Shown piece by piece: positions 59,131 through 64,000 of a DNA stretch of 64,000 nt. The notes under the pieces are model-generated. The model was not told the origin of the DNA. It did no database searches and saw nothing but the letters and a program-made list of their open reading frames with translations. Made by a program: the position numbers and the translations under genes. Source of the stretch: Squalus acanthias (taxonomy: Eukaryota). The stretch covers positions 140,184,001-140,248,000 of the forward strand of contig CM059431.1 of the NCBI GenBank assembly GCA_030390025.1, read 5' to 3'. The first letter of the stretch is position 1, and the number at the start of each line of letters is the position of its first letter.

Positions 59131-59327
59131 AGCTCTTTGAATCGGAAGGGTTCTCTCTGGTTGGTGCTCTCACAATCCTGTGCTGGTTCACCTGCTGTTG
59201 TTCCTCAGTCTACAGTTCCTGTTTACTTCCAGCTGTGGACCTTTCTCATTCACTCAGTCATTCACCGGGAGATGTAATTATGGCAAGACAGAAAATGAGA
59301 CAAATATGCAGGTGTGAAGTAATATTT

Positions 59328-62030
59328 AGGATCATAGATATTTACGGCAGAGAAGGAGGCCATTCGACTCATCAGTTATGTGCCGGCCGAAAAAGAGCTA
59401 TCCAACGTAATCCCACTTCCCAGCTCTTCGTCCGTAATCTTTAGTTTATGGAACTCCAAGTGCATATACCAGTACTTTTAAAATATGATGAGCGTTTCTG
59501 CCTCTACTACCCTACCAGGCAGTGCGTTCCAGACCCCCACCAATCTCTGGGTGATAAAAGTTCTCCTCAACTTCACTTTAATCCTTCTACCAATTACTTT
59601 AAATCAATACCGCCTGGTTATTAAACTCTTAGCTAGGGGAAATCGGTCCTTCCTATCCATTCTATCTTGGCCCCTCATAATGTTATACACCTCAATCAGG
59701 CCTCCCCTCAGCCTCCTCTGTTCCAAAGAAAACAACCCTAGCCAACCAATCTTTACTCATAGTTAAAATTCTCCCTTCCTGGCTACATCCTTGTAAATCT
59801 CTGTACCTCTCTCGTGCAATCACATCTTTCTTGTAATGTGGTGACCAGGAATGTACGCAGTGCTCTAGCTGTGGCCTAATTAGTGTTTTATACAGTTCAA
59901 ACTTAACCTCACTGCTCTTATATTCTATGCCACGGCTAATAAAGGAAAGTATACCGTATGACTTCTTAATCACTTTATCTTCCAGTCCTGCTACCTTCAG
60001 GGATCTGTGGACATGCAGTCCAAGGTCCCTCTGTTCCTCTACACTAATCAGTATCCTTCCATTTATTGTGTATTCCCTTGCCTTGTTAGCCCTCCCTAAA
60101 TGAATTACCCCACACTTCTTCGGATTGAACTCCATTTTCCACTTTTCTGCACACCTGACCAATCCATTGATATCTACCTGTTGTCCATTGATATCTACCT
60201 TTCTGCCTCACCATCAACCACATGACCATTTTTGTATCATCTGCAAACTTCTTTATCATGCCCCCTACATTGAAGTCTAAATGATTGTTGTATACCACAA
60301 CAAAGCAAGGGAAGTAGTACCGAGCCCTGCAGCACCCCAGGTTTCCAGTAATAGAAACATCCATCGACCATTACACTTTGATGCTTGCCAATGAACCAAT
60401 TTGCAATCCAACTTGCCAGTTTCCCTTGCATTCCATGGGCTTTTGCTTTTCTGAAGTCTGCCATGTGGGACCTTGTCAAAGGCCTTGCTAAATCCATGTA
60501 GAGTATATCGACCGCATTACCCTCATCGGCCCAAATTGTTACTTGCTGAAAAAATTCAATCAATTTAGTCAGACACGACCTTCCCTTTAGAAATCCATGC
60601 TGACTGTCCTTGATTAATCCGTGCCTTTCAAAATGACGATTAATATTGTTCCTCAGAATTTTTCTAACAATTTACCCAACACCTAGGTTAGGCTGACTGG
60701 CCTGTAATTATTCAGTCTGTCCCTTTCTCCCCTTTTAAACAACGGTACAACTTTAGCAGTCCTCCAGTACTCCGACACCACACCTGTAGCCAGAGAGGAT
60801 TGAAAACTGATGGCTAGAGCCTCCGCTCGTTCTTCCCTTGCTTCTCATAGCATCCTGGGATACATTTCATCTGGACCTGGCGAGTTATCTACTTTCAAAA
60901 ATGCTAAACCCCTTAATACTTCTTCTCTCACTAGGATTATCTCATCTAATATTTCACACTCTTCCTCCTTAACTACAATGGCTGCATCGTCCTTCGCTTT
61001 TGTGAAAACAAACGCAAAATATTCATTATGAACCGTACCCATATCATCTGCCTCCACTCACAAGCTTTGTATTCGGTCTCTAATAGGCCCGAATCATTCC
61101 TGAGTTATCCTCTTGCTCTTTATGTATTTATAAAACATCTTTAGATTTTCTTTGATTTTACTTGCCAGTATTTTTCATGTCTCACTTTGCTTTTCTCATT
61201 TCCTTTTATTAATTTCAATCCTGCACTTTCTACGCTCCTCTAAGCTTTCTTCAGTATTTAGCTCTCGGTCTCTGACATAAGCTTCCCTTTTTTAGCCAAT
61301 TCTACCCTGTAGTCACTTGACATCCAGGGGGCTCTAGATTTGGGAGTCCAACTCATTTTCTTTGTGGGAACATATTTGCTCTGAACCCTCCCTATCTCGT
61401 CCTTGAATGCCTCCGACAGCTCTGACACTTCACGTAGCTGTTTCCATGCCACTTTTGATAAATCGCATCTCAATGTATAAAATTGGCCATTCCCCAATCG
61501 AGAAATGTTAATCCTGGTCTATCCTTGCCCATTCCCATAACTATATTAAATCTAACTGAATTATCATCACTACCTTCAAAATGATCTCCCAGTGACATCC
61601 CTTCCTCCTAGCCCAGCTTCATTCCCTAAAACTAAGTCTAGAACTGCGCCCTCTCTGGTTGAGCTTGCAACGTAATGGTTAAATAAAGTTCTCCTGAAAG
61701 CATTTTATGAATTCTACGCTGTCTATACCTTTCACACTGAGTCTTACCAGTTAATTTTAGGTAGTTGTAATGCTCTACTATTACTGCCCTACTGTTTTCG
61801 CACTTCTCAAAAATGTGCCTCTTCTAACTCCCTCTGACTAATTGTTGGTCGAAAGTACACTGCAACAGTGTAATTGTCCATTTTTTGCTCTTCAGTTCAA
61901 CCCATATGGCCTCGCTTGATGATCCGACGAACATATCATCACTCCTCACAGCTGTAATTGTTTATTAATCAATATTGAGAGTCTCCTCCTTTTTTGTCGC
62001 CCTCTCTATATCATGTAATGTACACCTTTC
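59328..62030 (-). mobile_element. Long degenerate CR1 LINE
   Basis: Broken ORF2 pieces SPGPDEMYPRML, KFADDTK and RPQLEHCVHSWSPHY; tail near 59330. Confidence 0.88.
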
Positions 62031-62210
62031 CTCCAATGTCTCAGTGAAATAACATTTCAGGGCGCTTTATTTCTTTTGGTAGTCGTCCATTTACTCAGAT
62101 CGGAGCACACCTGCCTGGGTTTCCTGCAACTCCCTAGAGTGTGGGCTGTAAATGTGCCATTTTGTCGCTGCACTACAGACAAACGAGCGGAGTCTGATCT
62201 CACTGGTCGC

Positions 62211-64000
62211 ATCATAGAACATAGAACAGTACAGCACAGTACAGGCCCTTCGGCCCTCGATGTTGTGCCGAGCATTGTCCGAGACCAAGATCAAGCTATC
62301 ACACTCCCTATCACTCTGGTGTGCTCCATGTGCTTATCCAATAACCGCTTGAAAGTTCCTAAAGTGTCCGACTCCACTATCACAGCAGGCAGTCCATTCC
62401 ACACCCCAACCACTCTCTGAATAAAGAATCTACCTCGGACATCCCTTCTATATCTCCCCCCATGCACCTTATAGTTATGCCCCCTTGTAACAGCTGCCTC
62501 TACCCGAGGAAATAGTCTCTGAACATCCACTCTATCTATCCCCCTCATCATCTTATAAACCTCTATTAAGTCGCCTCTCATCCTCCTCCGCTCTAAAGAG
62601 AAAAGCCCCAACTCCCTCAATCTTTCCTCATAAGACCTCCCCCCCAAACCAGGCAGCATCCTGGTAAATCTCCTTTGCACTCTTTCCAATGCTTCCACGT
62701 CCTTCCTATAGTGAGGTGACCAGAACTGCACACAATATTCCAAATGTGGTCTCACCAAGGTCCTGTACAGTTGCAGCATAACCTCACGGTTCTTAAACTC
62801 AAACCCTCTGTTAATAAACGCCAACACACCATAGGCCTTCTTTACTGCTCTATCCACTTGAGTGGCAACCTTCAGAGATCTGTGGATATGAACCCCCAGA
62901 TCCCTCTGCTCCTCCACGTTCCTCAGAACCCTGCCATTGACCCTGTAATCCTTATTCAAATTTGCCCTACCAAAATGAATCACCTCGCACTTATCAGGGT
63001 TAAATTCCATCTGCCATTTTTCGGCCCAGCTCTGCATCCTATCAATGTCTCTTTGCAGCCTACAACTGCCCTCCACCTCATCCACTACTCCACCAATCTT
63101 GGTGTCATCAGCAAATTTACTGATCCACCCTTCACTCCCCTCCTCCAAGTCATTGATAAAAATCACAAACAGCAGAGGACCCAGCACCGACCCCTGTGGC
63201 ACACCGCTGGTAACTGGTCTCCAGTCCGAAAATGTTCCATCCACCACCACCCTCTGCCTTCTATGAGATAGCCAGTTACTTATCCAATCGGCCAAATTTC
63301 CCTCTATCCCACAACTCCTTACTTTCTTCATGAGACGACCATGGGGAACCTTATCAAACGCCTTACTAAAATCCATGTATACGACATCAACTGCTCTACC
63401 TTCATCTACACACTTAGTTACCTCCTCAAAGAATTCAATCAAATTTGTTAGGCAAGACTTACCCTTCACGAATCCGTGTTGACTATCCCTGATTAAGTTG
63501 CCCCTTTCCAAATGGTCATAAATCCTATCCCTCAGGACCTTTTCCATTATCTTACCAACCACCGAAGTAAGACTAACCGGCCTATAATTACCAGGGTCAT
63601 TCCTATTTCCTTTCTTGAAGAGAGGAACAACATTCGCCACTCTCCAGTCCTCTGGCACCATCCCCGTGGACAGTGAGGACCCAAAGATCAAAGCCAGAGG
63701 CTCTGCAAACTCCTCCCTTGCCTCCCAAAGAATCCTAGGATATATCCCATCTGGCCCAGGGGACTTATCGACCCTCAGGTTCTTCAAAATTGCTAAAACA
63801 TCTTCCCTCAGAACATCTACCACCTCCAGCCTATCCACCTTTATCACACTCTCATCCTCAAGAACATGGCCCCTCTCCTCGGTGAACACTGACGAAAAGT
63901 ATTCATTCATCACCTCTCCTATCTCTTCTGACTCCATGCACAAGTTCCCACTACTGTCCTTGACCGGCCCTACCCTCACCCTGGTCATTCTTTTATTTCT
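62211..64000 (-). mobile_element. Young CR1 LINE running off the window end
   Basis: atcatagaacatagaac tail; open ORF2. Confidence 0.95.
62291..63988 (-). CDS. CR1 ORF2 reverse transcriptase region (uninterrupted, partial)
   Basis: 565 stop-free codons with [36 protein letters not shown] and FADD. Confidence 0.92.
   Translation of the reverse strand: MTRVRVGPVKDSSGNLCMESEEIGEVMNEYFSSVFTEERGHVLEDESVIKVDRLEVVDVLREDVLAILKNLRVDKSPGPDGIYPRILWEAREEFAEPLALIFGSSLSTGMVPEDWRVANVVPLFKKGNRNDPGNYRPVSLTSVVGKIMEKVLRDRIYDHLERGNLIRDSQHGFVKGKSCLTNLIEFFEEVTKCVDEGRAVDVVYMDFSKAFDKVPHGRLMKKVRSCGIEGNLADWISNWLSHRRQRVVVDGTFSDWRPVTSGVPQGSVLGPLLFVIFINDLEEGSEGWISKFADDTKIGGVVDEVEGSCRLQRDIDRMQSWAEKWQMEFNPDKCEVIHFGRANLNKDYRVNGRVLRNVEEQRDLGVHIHRSLKVATQVDRAVKKAYGVLAFINRGFEFKNREVMLQLYRTLVRPHLEYCVQFWSPHYRKDVEALERVQRRFTRMLPGLGGRSYEERLRELGLFSLERRRMRGDLIEVYKMMRGIDRVDVQRLFPRVEAAVTRGHNYKVHGGRYRRDVRGRFFIQRVVGVWNGLPAVIVESDTLGTFKRLLDKHMEHTRVIGSVIA

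Overview
Repeat-rich vertebrate DNA, very likely from a cartilaginous fish (inferred from the DeuSINE/SacSINE-like, CR1, L2, RTE and Penelope content and the NLR gene type). It contains one host gene, which I assembled by hand: a 10-coding-exon CARD-like/NACHT/LRR NOD-like receptor on the minus strand (ATG 54511 to TAA 20443, 2970 nt, 989 aa, all introns GT-AG with matching phases). Its 21-kb intron 4 holds an 86-bp hairpin tandem repeat, a complete young Gypsy LTR element (215-bp LTRs, AGGTA TSD, no tRNA PBS but a 13-nt fold-back to its own LTR), and a 12.6-kb 39-bp satellite. That satellite is interrupted by three CR1s and by a Penelope-derived perfect inverted repeat carrying hammerhead motifs. 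Downstream of the gene are two convergent Penelope-like elements with minimal hammerhead ribozyme motifs and an 8.3-kb G-rich satellite of ~37-bp units. Both large satellites are bordered by one degenerate inverted copy of their monomer, which suggests they grew from one arm of palindromic MITE-like elements. All calls come from reading the sequence by eye; no database searches were run.
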